Assembly: GCF_009914755.1 (NCBI RefSeq) | Contig: NC_060938.1 | Origin: the human T2T-CHM13v2.0 reference genome, Homo sapiens | Length of the DNA: 64,000 nt | Reading direction: 5' to 3' (one strand) | Shown here: piece after piece, positions 42,010 through 63,743 of the stretch | How positions within the stretch are numbered: the first letter of the stretch is position 1 | Layout of the letters: each line of letters begins with the position of its first letter | Notes under the pieces: model-generated | What the model saw: the letters and a program-made list of their open reading frames with translations, nothing else | Told to the model about the DNA's origin: nothing | The model's database searches: none | Position numbers and translations under genes: made by a program

Positions 42010-42482
42010 GTGTGCGTGTGTGCGTCGTGTGTGTGCGTGTGTGTGCCGTGTGTGTGCGTGTGTGCCGCGTGTGTGTGCGTGTGTGTGCTGTGTGTGTGCC
42101 GTGGGTGTGCGTGTGTGTACCATGGGTGTGCCGTGCGTGTGTGCGTGTGTGTGCCATGTGTGTGCGTGTGGGTGTGCCGTGTGTGTGCCGCGTGTGTGTG
42201 CCATGGGTGTGCGTGTGTGCCGTGGGTGTGCGTGGGTGTGCGTGTGTGTGCGTGTGTGTGCCGCGTGTGTGTGCCATGGGTGTGCATGTGTGCCGTGGGT
42301 GTGCGTGGGTGTGCCGTGGGTGTGCCGTGCGTGTGTGCGTGTGTGTGCCATGTGTGTGCGTGTGGGTGTGCCGTGTGTGTGCGTGTGTGCCGTGTGTGTG
42401 TGCGTGTGTAAGTGTGCATGTGCATACATGTGCATGTCTGTAGGTGCACACATCTGTGTGTGTTGTGTGCATGTGTGTGCTG
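42010..42482 (+). repeat. (GT/GC)-alternating degenerate microsatellite
   Basis: gtgtgcgtgtgtgccgtg... units. Confidence 0.95.
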
Positions 42483-45394
42483 CATGTCTGTGGGGAGGTG
42501 TCCTCCGTGAGAGCGTGTGACAGCTGGGATTTGCACTCTTGCGTGCTGCCCCAGAGACCACAGCCTGGGCAGGCCCTGACCTTCTGTGCCCCGTGCATCG
42601 AGCCGGTCTGCTGCGGGTGCCTGTGGCCGCCAATGGGGAACTCGGGTGAGCTGGCAGGAGGGTGTGCCCAGAGCCCTGGCTGCTGCTACTGCCACTCAGC
42701 ACAGCTGGGCCAGGCTGTTGCCCCAGAGGGCGTCAGACGTGAACTTTGGGAACATCTTTATTCTGTTTTAAAGTGAGCACAAATTATTAGACACTTTCCC
42801 CAAAATCCATGTGTTTGGGGCGTCTTCCGGCCATGCCACACATCTGTGTTTGCCTGGCTGTTTCTGCACCGAGTTCCGTCCACAGCCCGGGTTTCTGTTG
42901 TTTTAAGTCTTGAGCCCTGGGCCGGGGGCCACTTCTCATTGGTGGCTGGAGGCTCGGCCAAGTGAGGGGCTGCTTCTGGTTGGAGAGGGGAGTTTCTGGA
43001 AGGGGGTTCCCCATGTGTCTCCAGCGCTTCCTGCAGTCTGGGGAGGGGCTTGGCAGGAGCAGGTCTGGTGAGAAAGCCCTGGCCGGGGGTGGAGGCTCAG
43101 TCCTGGGAGTGGGCGGGGCAGCTGGGCTCGGGGTGTTAACAGGGTCCTGCGGGGGGACTCTGTGCTGAGTCAAAGGAGCCGGAAGCTGGTGTGGGCCGGG
43201 TGGGGTGGGGAAGGTGGGTGCAGGCAGGGGAGGGGGCTTGGACTGAAGGTGAGACCCAGGCCTGGGCAAGGATGCGGTGTGCCCAGAGCTGGCAGAGTCA
43301 TCTGCCTGAAGCCTGACTGTGGCCTGGGTGGGGTAAGGAAGGTTTGGAGAGGCTTTGGGGCCTGCGGGAAAGGGGGCTGTGGAGAGAGAGGCTGACCGAG
43401 GGCTGCCGAGAGGAAGACCAGTGTTGCTGGAGCCTGTGGTGGAGAGGGGCTTGGTGGGTGAACCCTCCAGGGAAGGCCTGGGGCAGGGCTCAGAGGACCT
43501 GGAAGGTGTGCAGAGTTGTGTCCAGCAGGAGCTCTCGAGGCCCAGCGGGTCTGAGGCTAGGGGAGCAGCAGGGAGGCGTCCAGGCTGGAAACCCCTCCAG
43601 GGTTTCCACTCCTCAGCAGAGATGACATCCAAGTCACCCGCCCTCAGCCACCTCAGCCCTTTCCAGAGGGGACAGGGGCAGTAGCTCCTTCCTTCATGCC
43701 CCTGCTGGACCCCATCCCCTGGGGAGGTCTCATGCTGGCAGGGAGGGCCCGAGCCCGGCCCCAGGCCTCAGTGCTTCCTTTCTCTGAGACAGCAGCAGGT
43801 CCCCCTGGCCCCGTGGAGCCCATGTGTCGGGCGGGCTGAGGTGGGGATGCTGCCCTGTGCACAGGACAGGGTGCGGGAGTAGGTGAGCCCCAACCCCCTG
43901 AGGGAGATCCAGGCCTCCCAGCTTCCAGGCTGCACTCTCAGGCAGGGATCCTGGGGCCTGGCCCTCAGGGCTGCCCACGGGGCAGTTAGTGGCCTGAGGT
44001 GTCTCCAGCAGCCATCCTAGAGTTGGGGAGGGGGTCTCAGGACGGGCTTCTTGGAGGAGGTGAGTGCTGGGGGTCGCCTGTGTCTGGAGGCCTTCAGGGA
44101 CAGGTAGGAAGTCCAATGGAGGAGGTGATGTCTGGCATCACCCACCCTGGCCAGGATCCTCCCCCAACCCCTCCGGCAGAGACTGCCACTGGGGTGGCCA
44201 GGAGCCACGTAGCTGTGGGTGCCAGCTTCGGAGAAGGAATTTGAACAGGGTGGACCTGGAGGTGGGTGGTGGCTATCAAGGTCAGACCCACTCTCAGAGA
44301 CCTGTGGCTTTGGCTGGCAGGGGAGCTGGCACCAGGAGCCCCACCAGGATCCGCCTTCCCAGGGAGGGCATGTGGGGCAGGAGGAGCCGCTCACCTGGTT
44401 TCTGGGAAACCACGGGCTGTGTCTGGGCAGGCAGCTCAGGGATGGCTGCACCCAGGACCCTACTCTCCCCTTTAAACCTCCCTGGCACCCCTGCCCACTT
44501 CCTGGGGGGACCCAGGGTCCTGACAGGAGGGGTGGGCTCCTCGCCACCCTCCACTGTAGTCCCTGCCCCCGGTCCTCCACTGCAGTCCTCCCCTCAGTCC
44601 TCCACTGCAGTCCTCCCCCTGGTCCTCCACTGCAGTACCCCCCAACCCCCACCCCCGGTCCTCCTCTGCAGCGCAACCACCGTGGCTTGAGCCAGGCACC
44701 CAGGGCTTCTGAGTGCCCACTGCTGGGTGGCAGTGGCACTAGCGTGAGGCTGGCTCTCAGGCCTGCTGGCCACCACGAGCCCCACCCAGCTGCAGCTTCC
44801 CTGCCCTGGCACCTCTGCAGAGGCCTCAGTCAAGCTGGGCCATCAGAGCCCTTGCCCCCAACTAGCCCCTGCTGTGTGATCTCCTCTCTGAGTTAGGAAG
44901 GAGGCCCTGCCCTGAGGGTTTCTAGCCCTTGCCCAGGGGTGCTGGGGAAGGCCCCACACTGGTGTTTCATGACGGTGCCCTGTGGTGGGGCAGTGATGGC
45001 CAGCTGCCAGGGTGGCCTGCACGTGGCAGGCTAAGAGTGACCAGCCTGAGGGGCCCAGGCTCTCACCTGGGAGACTGAGAAGCCGTGCTGGCACTCAGGA
45101 GGGACTTCCAGCTCCTAGTCGTGTGGGTTGCAGGCCGTCCTGTCCCAGGGCTGGGGGACTTCCTTCAGGCCCATTGCTGCCTGTGGAAGCTGGCCTGGTG
45201 TCTTGTGGGTGTGCTGCCTGGATGGTCCCTAGGTGGTGGCGAGGGTCACACGCTGTCTGGGCCAGGACTCGGTGACTTCCCTGGGTCGGCTGGTTCTGCT
45301 GGCCTTTCCTGGGGCTGGATCCCCAGGCCTGTGGCTCCTGAGGTTTGGGGGCAGGAGGGATGGAGCCACCACCCAGAGCCCCAGGCAGCACAGG

Positions 45395-45535
45395 GTGCTG
45401 TGTGGAGTGGAGGCCGGGTGGGCAGCAGCCGTGCTTGCAGCGCTGTGTGGAGTTGGGGGCCGGGTGGGCAGCAGCTGTGCTCGCAGTGCTGTGTGGAGTG
45501 GAGGCCGAGTGGGCAGCAGCCGTGCTCGCAGCGCT
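45395..45535 (+). repeat. 3 x ~45 bp tandem repeat
   Basis: gctgtgtggagtggaggccgggtgggcagcagccgtgct(c/t)gcag three times. Confidence 0.9.
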
Positions 45536-45941
45536 TAAGCAAGTAGAAAGTGACTCGCCTCTGCCTCCGTCTCCCCATGCCCCAGTGGGGCAGTGATGGG
45601 GGCTTGGCTGTGGCCTTATGATTGGACGACCGGGCTTGACCTTGTGAGGGCACTAGGGCACCTGTCCTCCGGGGGGGTGGTCCTGGGTGGGCTAGTGGCC
45701 CAGAAAGGGTCGGCAGCACTTGGAGTGGGAGCACCAAAGGTGTGGACACTGGCTGAGAGTTGTGTGTGTTCCTGTGGGGCTGGGCCAGGAGTGGGGGAGG
45801 GCTCCCTGAGACAAGCCCCCTCACCGCCAGCCTGGCTGCCGCCACCTGACCTTGGGAGGGAGCAGCGTGTGCCAGATGACCAGAGGGCTCCCAGCACTCC
45901 CACGGCCCAGCGGGGAGCATCTCTGGGGAGGGCGGTCATGA

Positions 45942-46277
<336 letters not shown>

Positions 46278-47367
46278 TAACAGCTCGACCCTTCAGCCCT
46301 GGCCCCTCCCTCTCAGTTCTGGCTCCTCCCCCAGTCATAGCCCCTCCCTCTCAGCCCTGGCCCCTCCCTCTCAGTTCTGCCTCCTCCCCCAGCCATAGCC
46401 CCTCCTTCTCAGCCCTGGCCCCTCCTTCTCAGCTCTGGCTCCTCCCCCAGCCCTGGCCCCTCCCTCTCAGCCCTGGCCCCTCCCCCAGCCCTGGCTCCTC
46501 TCCAAAATCTGGCCCCTCTCCCAGATCGGGCCCCATCCCCAACTACAGAGGCCCCCAGGCCTCCCCAGAAGGCTCCCCCTGGCAGGGTCTCAGGCCGCCA
46601 AGGATCAGGCTGCTCTCAGGGAGAGTGGACCCTGCAGATGGGAAGGGAAGCACTAGGCTGGGGAATGGGGCCCCTGAAATGGAAGGAGCTATGCTTGGGT
46701 ACCCAGTCTGGGTATGGGTGGAGCCATGTGATCCTTTCTTCTGTAAGTTGGGGGTGGCAGGGGCAGGAAGGTAACCCGGAGGGAACCCCTGGCTGCAAGA
46801 GCAGGGTTGGGGGGTCAGGTGAAAGGAATGGGGTATGGGGTGGAAGCAGGCAGGAAGGCTGGAGGCCCCTCTCTGGGGGCGTGTGTCTGTCCCTGAGGTC
46901 CCTGTCTGGATGTCTCTGTCTGTTGCTGCGCTTGGCGGACTCCAGCTTGTCCTGGGACACTCTATCTTTACTGCACTCTGCAGTCCTGAGCTGGGGGGCC
47001 CTAGCAGCCCCTCAGCAGCCCCTCAAGGAGCTCCGGCCAGGGGGTCTCAGGCTGCTGGGGTCTGTCCTGAGCTCCCTCCTCCCGCAGCATGCCTGTCTGA
47101 TGAAGCGGCTGTCCCTGAATGGCTGCACAGCAAGTGGCCGCTCCTCTGCCTGTGTGGACTGCGTCACCCACATGGGCTTTGAGAGGGTCCCCGGGGTTGT
47201 TGGCCTGGGTTGCATGGCACCGTCCCAGTCCGTGCTCCTGGGCCCTGCATGGTTGGCTACTTCTGAGGCCTGTGATGCCCACAGACCTGCCTCCCACCTG
47301 CCTGTGGGACTGGTGCATCAACACTCCTGCCAGTAGGCAGCCTGGAGGGGGGTATCAGACCCTCTGA

Positions 47368-48345
<978 letters not shown>

Positions 48346-48404
48346 ATTCCAACATGTATGTGCTGGAGCGTGTGCAGCACCGAGTCCCGGAGGAGGCACT
48401 CAAG
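48346..48404 (+). CDS. CEP170B: CEP170B exon 5
   Basis: (D)SNMYVLERVQHRVPEEALK; AAG|GTTAGT. Confidence 0.92.
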
Positions 48405-50093
48405 GTTAGTGCTGGCCAAGCCCGGGTGGCTCAGCCACGAGGGCTCAGCCCCCCATCCTCCCCACCATGCTCCCGCTGCCATCTCCCCAGCAAACACTCA
48501 CCAGGCCTCTGGGGCGCCCTGTTCAGGCTGCGGGTGCCATGAGTCAGGCCAGCCTGTCCTGCCCTGCCAGATGGCCCAGTCCGGCAGGTGGGAAGGTAGT
48601 CATTACCCCCAGCCTGCTGCAGTGACAGGTGGCGGGGGCACCGGGACGCGGGTGCCACTGTTGTGGATGCAGCAGCATCCGGGCTCTGGGAGGGGCCTGG
48701 GAGGAGCCGGGCTGCATGGTCAGCCTGCTGGAGCTCCTGGGCTTTCGGAGCTGCATCGCTGGGCACTGGCGGATTTAGCTGTGGCTCACAGAACAAATGG
48801 CTCATTGGGTGAGCTGGGTGGCCAGAGCCCAGGAAGCTGCTGGGGTCACCCTGCAGGAGAGTGCAGCGGGGCTGAGGCGGGGGCCAGCAGCCTCCCTGGG
48901 AGCAGAGGGCCCCGTTCAGAGGGCCAGGAGGGTATAGAGCCCCTGAGCCCCCCAGCATCTTTTTGGGAGTGTCTCTCAGGTTAAGTAGCTTTGGGGTCTC
49001 ATAAGGGGCTTTAGATTCTCTGACATTACAGTTATTTGGAGTCTTCGAAGCTGAAGGGATTAAGAGTCTCTAGACAGAGTGTTTAGGGTCTCTGAGGCTG
49101 GGGAATTTGGTCTCTCTGTGAGTGAGATATTTAGGGTTCCTTAGGCTCGGGGGATTTGAGGATCTACGTGTTAGAGGATTTGGCGTTCCTCTGGGTGAAG
49201 GGATTTGAGGTCTCTGAAGCTGAGGTGCTTTGGGGTCTCATGCCCAGGGGATTAAGTTCGCTCCAGGTTAACGGATTTGAGTCCTTCAAGGTGGCAGGAT
49301 TTGGGGTCACTTCAGGCTGAGAGGATTTGTTGCTTCTTAGGGTGAGGGGATCTGAGGTCTCCTGGGCTGAAATCTGAAGGTCTTAGGCTGAGGGTTTATA
49401 AGGGTTTTACGCTGCACGACCAAGGCCCCCCGAGTTCCTGTCAGTCTCTCCGATCTCCTCCCGCACTGCCCGCCCTGGCCGGGTGCCCTCTCGGAGCCCC
49501 TCAGGAGGTAACAGCTGCCCCCAGCACATTGATGAGGCCGCCAGCAGGGGGTGGCCAGAGGCAGGAAGGAAGGGTGCTGGAGGCCGACGGTGGCAGCCTT
49601 CAGGGGTGGGCATCCTTGCGTGCCCTTTCCCCGGTGTGCTGGCGACACGCACAGCCGGGGCCCCTGTGGGGGGCGTGAGGGTCCTAGGTGGGAACGGCGT
49701 CTCCTCGCCCTCACTTGTTCATGTGGGAGTTGTGGAGCACAGATTCAGGGCCCTGTTCAGAGCTCCCCGGGAGCCCTTTGGGGCCAGGGCGCTTAGCCCG
49801 TTCCTCGGATGATCTCCGAGCAGCCTGGGGTCCCCCAGCCTGCAAGGGGCAGGGCCTAAGGGAGTCAGGTTCTGTCTGATGGCACAAGCGGCCCTGCTGC
49901 CCATCCCAGGGCCCCCACTCTGATGATCGCAGCCTGCTCTGTCCTGCCCCACCCAAGCAGGCCCCTGCTTTCCCTGGAAGCTGCCCCTCCCCAGGCTTGA
50001 GCTGGACCCCGAGCCGTGTTACCTGGGCAGGCTGAGGCTCTGTCTGCTCTTTTGGGGAGCATTAGGGAGAGCTTGTGACATGCAAAGTCATAG

Positions 50094-50873
<780 letters not shown>

Positions 50874-52611
50874 TGAGCCCACAGTTCTTGTGGGGTTGGT
50901 GGGCCACCAGCTGGGCACCCTCTGTCCCCAGTGGTGAGAGGCAGGTGATGGGGGGGTGAGGCTATGCTCCCTAGTATCAGGCATTTGGACTGGATTCTGC
51001 AGACCGAGCCAGCAGGGCTCAGGGGTTGGTGGTTTCTGATGAAACCTGATTTGCGCCTTTGGCAGTCAGTGCAGCGGGTAGGCAGAAGTCTGGGAGGAGG
51101 ACAGCTGCACGAGGGTCCGCGTGGGTCCGGTGGGCACAAAGGGAAGGGAAGGAGCGAGAGTGAGAAAGTGCCTGGTGGGGTGTGGAGGGGTCGGGGTGGG
51201 GTATCCAAGCCTGAGGCCCCAGACTTGAGTTCTGGTTAGACAGGGGTGTATCCGGGGATCAGGCTCTCGGCTCCCACCTCGGTCCAGGAGGGGTCACCCT
51301 GCCACCCCCAGCTTTGGCCCCATGTCTGCTGTGTTCTGCTGTCAGCCCACACATCTGTGTTGTACAGCCGCAGCTGCCGGTGTCTGGTTGGGATGCAGGT
51401 CCGCCCAGAATGGAAGACCGCTGGGGACTGGGAAGCTTTCCAGAAAGCCATCTGAGCTCCCCAGAGCACCTGTCAGTGTCCAGACTGTGAAACACATGCA
51501 GCTGGTGACAGCCAGTGTGGGGCTGTCCCGGAGGTCATGACAGGTGCAGCCAGCTGGGCAGCCTGGCTCCTTGGCTCCGTTAGAGCGAGGGCAGCACATT
51601 GTGGGGACCAAGGAGGAGTTCAGGGCCGGCAGCAGATGGGGACTGCCTGGTAGCAGATGCCCCTGCCTCAGCAGCCCCTGGGTGTGTCCCTGGGTCAAGA
51701 GGGAGTCCCCAGGGAGGGGTAAGGCGTGTGTGACACATCTCAGGGGCCCTGCATCCCCAGCGCAGTGTGCACATGGTTCCCTATGGGTAACTGGCCCCAG
51801 CGCAGTGTGCACATGGTTCCTGACGGGTGACTGGCCCCAGACCCTCTGGCCCCCCAGCAGTGTAAGCAGCTGGGGGCCATGACGCAGAGGCCCCCTGGGC
51901 TTCCGCAAGGATGGAAAGAGCTTGGGTGGAGGGCCCAGGAAGGAGACTGTGGGCATGAGGGCCAGCGCCCTGACCTGAGGGCACTGGACACTGCTTCTGT
52001 TCACTGCTGCCATCAGGAAGGGCTGGGCTGCCGGCTTCTCAGAGGGAGTCAGGAGTGAGATTCTATCTGAAATATACAATTTCCCTCCTGGTCATTAAGG
52101 CAAACAAACTAAAATGCCGCAGGGACCATGTAGATTGCAGTGGCTGCCCACCCCCAGGGCCACCCATTTGTGGCCTGAACCATTTACCAGCCTTGGAGGT
52201 GGCTGGACCCAGGTGTGGGCTCCCCCTGGCCTCCTGCCCTCTGTTGGATGCGCTCTGGGGTCGGGAAGGCCGGGGCAGGGTTGCAGGACGGAGGTGGGGG
52301 GCCCCCACCATGCCCCAGGGGATGAGCCTCTGAGTACATCAGAGGGGAGAGAGGAGGGGCCAGGCAGGGAGGAGGGGCCAGGCAGGCAGGGAGCCTCTAA
52401 GCACTTGTGGGAGGAGGTGGGGCCAGGCAGGGAGGGGCCAGTGAGCCACCTCGGAACTCAAGGTAGTCAACATTCCCCACAGAGGCGGGGCCCTGGGCTG
52501 CCACAGGGCCAAGCTGGGAGGTGATGCCAGGGCCTGCCCCAGAGTCCAGCCTCTCCTGGGCTGCCAGTTCTCTGCTTTTCACACTGGGGGCCCCAGCAAC
52601 ACAGGGTCTGA

Positions 52612-52809
<198 letters not shown>

Positions 52810-52918
52810 TGAGGAGCCCACTCCGGGGGACATGGGGCCTGTCTCCCCCTCTTGGGTGGAGTGGATGGTCCTGGCTGAGGAGGGTGGTGGCAGGTGGTTA
52901 CCCTGAGGCCCGGTCTGA

Positions 52919-54930
<2,012 letters not shown>

Positions 54931-55186
54931 TGGGCGGACGTTGTCCTGCTCCGCCCCAGCCCTGGCTCCTGCCTCTGGCCCAGCTGGGCAGGAGGGAGCC
55001 TGGTATGCTGCCCACAGCCCCGCCCCTCCCCTTCCCAGGGCTGGGTCCGTATCCCATCCGCATGTCCTGCTGACAGCCAGGCTGCATGTCCCGGCCACCA
55101 GCCACTCTGGCCAACCAGGTCCCTGCTCTCCCTGTGGCCTGGGGGTGGCCGGTGTCAGTGGAGGGTTGGGAGGTGGGCTTCTCTGA

Positions 55187-57966
<2,780 letters not shown>

Positions 57967-59346
57967 TAGATGTGTTGCTGGACTCACGTGCACACACACA
58001 CGTGCATGGGCCGAGGGCAGGGCCCGCAGTCCCCTGGTGTGGGTAGAACACCCTGACCGTCTCTGGCGTGGAGAGGGCCTTCCATCCCCCAGGGTGTGCC
58101 TCAGGGCCCCGAAGCCCAGGCTGGCCCTCCCCACTCTTCCTGTACTCCTGGCTCAGGCCCCTGGTGCCTTTGGGTCCCCACGCCATCTGCCCATGGGCCT
58201 GAGGCCCTAGGCCTGGGGAGGGCTGTCCCATGGATCTCTGCCGCAGTACTGTGGCTCAGTGAAGGGTGCCAAGTACACCTGTGCCCTCCGCTGGTAGCTG
58301 CTCTAACACCCTTCTGAGCCCGCAGGCCCCATGACCAGGGAGGGAGGGAGGGCTGTGAGCAGAGTCCTGCCCTGCCCCCCAGATGTCCATGGGCACAGCA
58401 AGCGGGGATGGTCCTCTGTGGCCACCAGAGCTGGCCTCCTACCTGGGGTGGCCGGACATCCGCGTCTGCAGAGCGGGGCCCACCCCGCCCGCCGAGGCAG
58501 CTGAGCTGTCCTGCGAGTGGATTGGTTTGAGGTCAAGGTGCTGCTGCTACTGCCTTCTGCCCTGTGCACCCACCTACCCACCCACGATCCCAGTGGAGCC
58601 TCTTTCCTGACTCCCAGCATCCTCCCACAGCCCCACCCCAACTGCTGGCTGCACTGGGCAGGCCTTGCGTATGGCTGGAGGCTGAGGCAGGGTTCGCTGG
58701 AGGAAGGGGTGGGGCGGGGCCGAGGGTCACCCCTGCTTGGTGGAGCCTGCTGTCCCTACCCGACGTGGTGCACTGGTGGTGTTTGACCCAAGCATGCGGC
58801 TCGCCATCATGCCCCGCTACAGTGCAGGAGCGCAGCTGCTGCCAGGCTTAGAGCAGGGGCTGGTGAGGAGGCCAGGACTCTGCCCAGGAGGGCGGAACCT
58901 GAAGCTTTGGGTCTGACAAACTCAAGCAGGCAGCAGGGAGGGACTGCAGTGGCCTTGCTTGCGCTCTGACTGGTCCTTGCCTGTCTGTGTGGTCCAGCCT
59001 GGGCCGCAGCAGGTCCTGGTGGGGAGGTTTACTCTGTTTTGGGGTCTGTCAGGCACTGCTTTTCCACCACCTGTAAGGGGGTTTCCCACCTAATCAGCTG
59101 CAGACTGCTCCCGGGTTGCAGCCACTGGCCTGGGAGCACCAGGCCGCCTTCCCCGCATGTGCCCTGGGCTGGTGGGGGCCTTGTGGTCCCTGGAGCTCAG
59201 CAGCTGTTGATGTTTCAATGAAGGGCTACTGGGTGGGGGCACCAGCCTCGACGCTGCCCAGCCCTGCAGCACTGAGCCCTCTCCCAGAGGGACCCTGGGA
59301 CTGCCACAGGGTGCTGAGTGCTGCTTTGTTCTGTTCTTGCTTCTAA

Positions 59347-59610
<264 letters not shown>

Positions 59611-59709
59611 TGAGTAGCCCATTCAGAGTAAATCCACTGGGTGCCAGTGCCTTTTCTTGAGTGAGAGCACCCTGAGGGCAGGGACCAGGCTGGGAGCTCC
59701 CTTCTTGAG

Positions 59710-61009
59710 TGGATAGATGGTACGGCAGATGGCTGGCTGGCTGGATGGATGGACGAATGGATGGATGGATGGATGGATGGATGGATGGATGAATGGATGG
59801 ATGGATAGGAGGGTGGGTGGGTGGGTGGATGGATGGATAGGAGGGTGGGTGGGTGGGTGGATGGATGGATGGATGGGCAGGTGGGCGGGTAGATGGATAG
59901 GTTGCTGGGTGGGTGGATGGGTGGATGGCTGGGTGGGTAGGTGGGTGGGTGGGTGGATGGATGGATGGATGGGAGGGTGGGTGGGTGGATGGATGGATGG
60001 ATGCATGGATGGATGGATGGATGGATGGATGGGTGGGTAGGTGGGTGGGTGGGTGGATGGATGGATGGATGGATGAATAGGAGGGTGGGTGGGTGGATGG
60101 ATGGATGGATGGATGAATGGATGAGTGAGTGGGTGGATGGATGGATGGGTGAGTGGGTGGGTGGGTGGATGGATGGATGGATGAGTGTGTGGATGGATGG
60201 ATGGATTGGATGAGTGGGTGGGTGGATGGATGGATGAGTGGATGGATGGATGGATGGATGGATGGATGAATGGATGAGTGAGTGGGTGGATGGGTGAGTG
60301 GGTGGGTGGATGGATGGATGGATGGATGAATGAGTGGGTTGGTGGATGGATGGATGAGTGGGTGGGTAGATGGATGGATGAATGGATGGATGGGTGAGTA
60401 GGTGGGTGGGTGGGTGGATGGATGGATGGATGGATGGATGGGTGAGTGAGTGGGTGGATGGATGGAAGGATGGATGAGTGGGTGGGTGGATGGATGGATG
60501 GATGAATGGATGAGTGAGTGGGTGGATGGATGGATGGGTGAGTGGGTGGGTGGATGGATGGATGGATGAGTGGGTGGGTGGATGGATGGATGGATGGATG
60601 GATGGATGAGTGGGTGGGTGGATGGATGGATGGATGAATGGATGAGTGAGTGGGTGGATGGATGGATGAGTGGGTAGATGGATGGATGGATGGATGGATG
60701 AGTGGGTGGGTGGATGGATGGATGGATGGATGAATGGATGAATGAGTGGGTGGGTGGGTGGATGGATGAATGGATGAGTGGGTGGGTGGATGGAGGGATG
60801 GATGGATGGATGGATGGATGAGTGGGTGGATGGATGGGTGGGTGGGTGGATGGATGGGTGGGTGGGTGTGTGGATGGATGGATGGGTGGGTGTGGATGGA
60901 TGGATGAGTGGGTGGGTGGATGGATGGATGGATGGATGGATGAGTGGGTGGGTGGATGGATGGATGGATGGATGGAGAGTGAGTGGGTGGATGGAGGGGT
61001 GGGTGGATG
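59710..61009 (+). repeat. 1.3 kb (GGAT/GGGT/GAGT)n tetranucleotide repeat, intron 13
   Basis: Directly visible. Confidence 0.97.
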
Positions 61010-62800
61010 CAGATCTTCCCAGGAGGTGAGACCGCCAGTACAAGGAGGGCCTCCTCAAAGGTTTTCATTAGAAATGAACTCCCTCACATGGTCATTCAGT
61101 AACAGGGCCCTCTCCAGGCCAGGCGCTGGGGAGGATGGGGTAGGGAGTTGGGTGGGAGTGAGAGTGGTCTTTGCCAAGCAGTGGTCAGTACTGCAAAGGC
61201 AGTCCCTGAAAGGCTGTGGGGCAGGCAGGGGGGGTCCCAGGACCAGGGTGGATGGCAAGTGTTTGTTGTGGAGGATGCTGAGCTTGAAGCCCATGAGGGA
61301 CCTGGAAGGAGGTGGCCAGGAGCAGGCGGCCCTTAGAGAGTGGCCCACACTGGGGTGGAGGCGCAGGCACCTGAGGCTGTGAGCAGCATGAAGTTGGTGG
61401 GGAGGACCTGGGGGGCTTGGAAGGATGGGGACTGGGGACAGGGCTCTTGGGATGCTTGAGGTATTGGGGGAGCATAGGGAAGAAGGCTGCCATCAGCGGA
61501 GGAGGCTAGCACAGGGCTAGGGCTCTGGACAGAGACACTGCACCTGGCTGAGAAGGGGGTGGGTGCTTCCAGGCCTGAGAGCAGAAGAGGATGTGGGGGG
61601 CCCATGTGGGTTTCTGGAGTTCTCTGCCTTCCATGGTGGGTGAGCTGGAGCATGCCATATGACGGGGGCAGGAGGCCAGGGAGTGCTGGGCGGGGGCCTG
61701 AGGGCCAGGGGCATGTGCCAGTTGGTGTCACCCAGAGGTGGAGGGAGGGCTTCCATGTTTTGTCTTGATGTGGAATGGTGGACCCAGCTAGGACCCAGTC
61801 CTGAATGGGGCCAGGGCAGCCAGTGGGATGTGCAAGGCCATCTGGGCAGAGGGTGCTGGGGGTGTTTCTCCGGTCGTGCCAGTGTCTGGCGAGGGTTGTG
61901 GTGCTGCTGGAGGTAGGGGTAGGGGGAGGGCCCTCAGGGTGGTCTGTTCCTTGGGTGACTGCCAGTGTGGGGGCCGAGGAGGCTTGGGGTGGGGCCTGTC
62001 CCCATGAGGATGGGTGGTTGGCAGTGACAGGGAGCCTAGGTCCCCACGGCCTGGGCTGAAGGCCTAAGTGGGGCAGGACCTGCTGGTGGCCCAGGTGCTT
62101 AAGGGGCCAGCAGGACAGCTGACGAGGCTGTGCGCTCCAGCAGAGGGCTGGGAGCTGCTCACGGGCCCGGCAGGCCCCTGTCCTCGCTGGGAAGTGTCTG
62201 TTACCTCGGCAGGGTGGAGGCCTGTGCCCCCTGGGCACATCCTAGGGGGACTGAGCTGGCCAGGCTTGAGCAGGGGGCTAGGCTGAGCTGCCATTGGCCT
62301 CACTGGCCTGCAAGGGGTCCCCTCCCTCTCTGGATCTGCCCAGCCCCACCCTCTGCCCAGCCCCACCCTCTGCCCAGCCCCCACCCTCAGTGTGAGGAGT
62401 GCCAGGCTGTAGTTTCTGTGGCCTCAGCCCACTCCCTTCCTTGCCTCAGTTTCTCTGCCTGCAGAGCTGGGCACCCGTGGCACCCACACGTTCTATGACT
62501 GAGTCCCATCCATCCCATTTGGGCCCCGCAGCTGTGATGCTGGCCCTGGGGGGCCGGAGAGAGAGGAGGTGTGGCCTGCCCCAGAGCCAGCAAGGGTTTC
62601 TGTGCACCCTTCTTTTCAGGCTCCGTCCCAGCCCCCCACCATCCCTCCTTGTGGCTGTGGGGAGTTTGGCCTCCCTTTGGGGCCGTGGCCAGTGCCTGTG
62701 TAACCAGTGGCTAGGCCGGTGTTTGGGGCCAGGCTGGGGAGCACCTCCCCCAGGCCCCACCTCTGGCCAGCAGCTGCCTGGGAGCTGGGAGGGGCTTTGA

Positions 62801-63223
<423 letters not shown>

Positions 63224-63226
63224 TGA

Positions 63227-63743
<517 letters not shown>

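Noticed and set aside
41681-42702. His/Thr-rich and Cys/Val-rich ORFs resembling metal-binding proteins
   Set aside because: GT/CA microsatellite artefact
51755-51840. 40 bp tandem duplication, plus small repeats at 44548-44671 and 46290-46540
   Set aside because: Real but ordinary intronic micro-duplications with no functional clue
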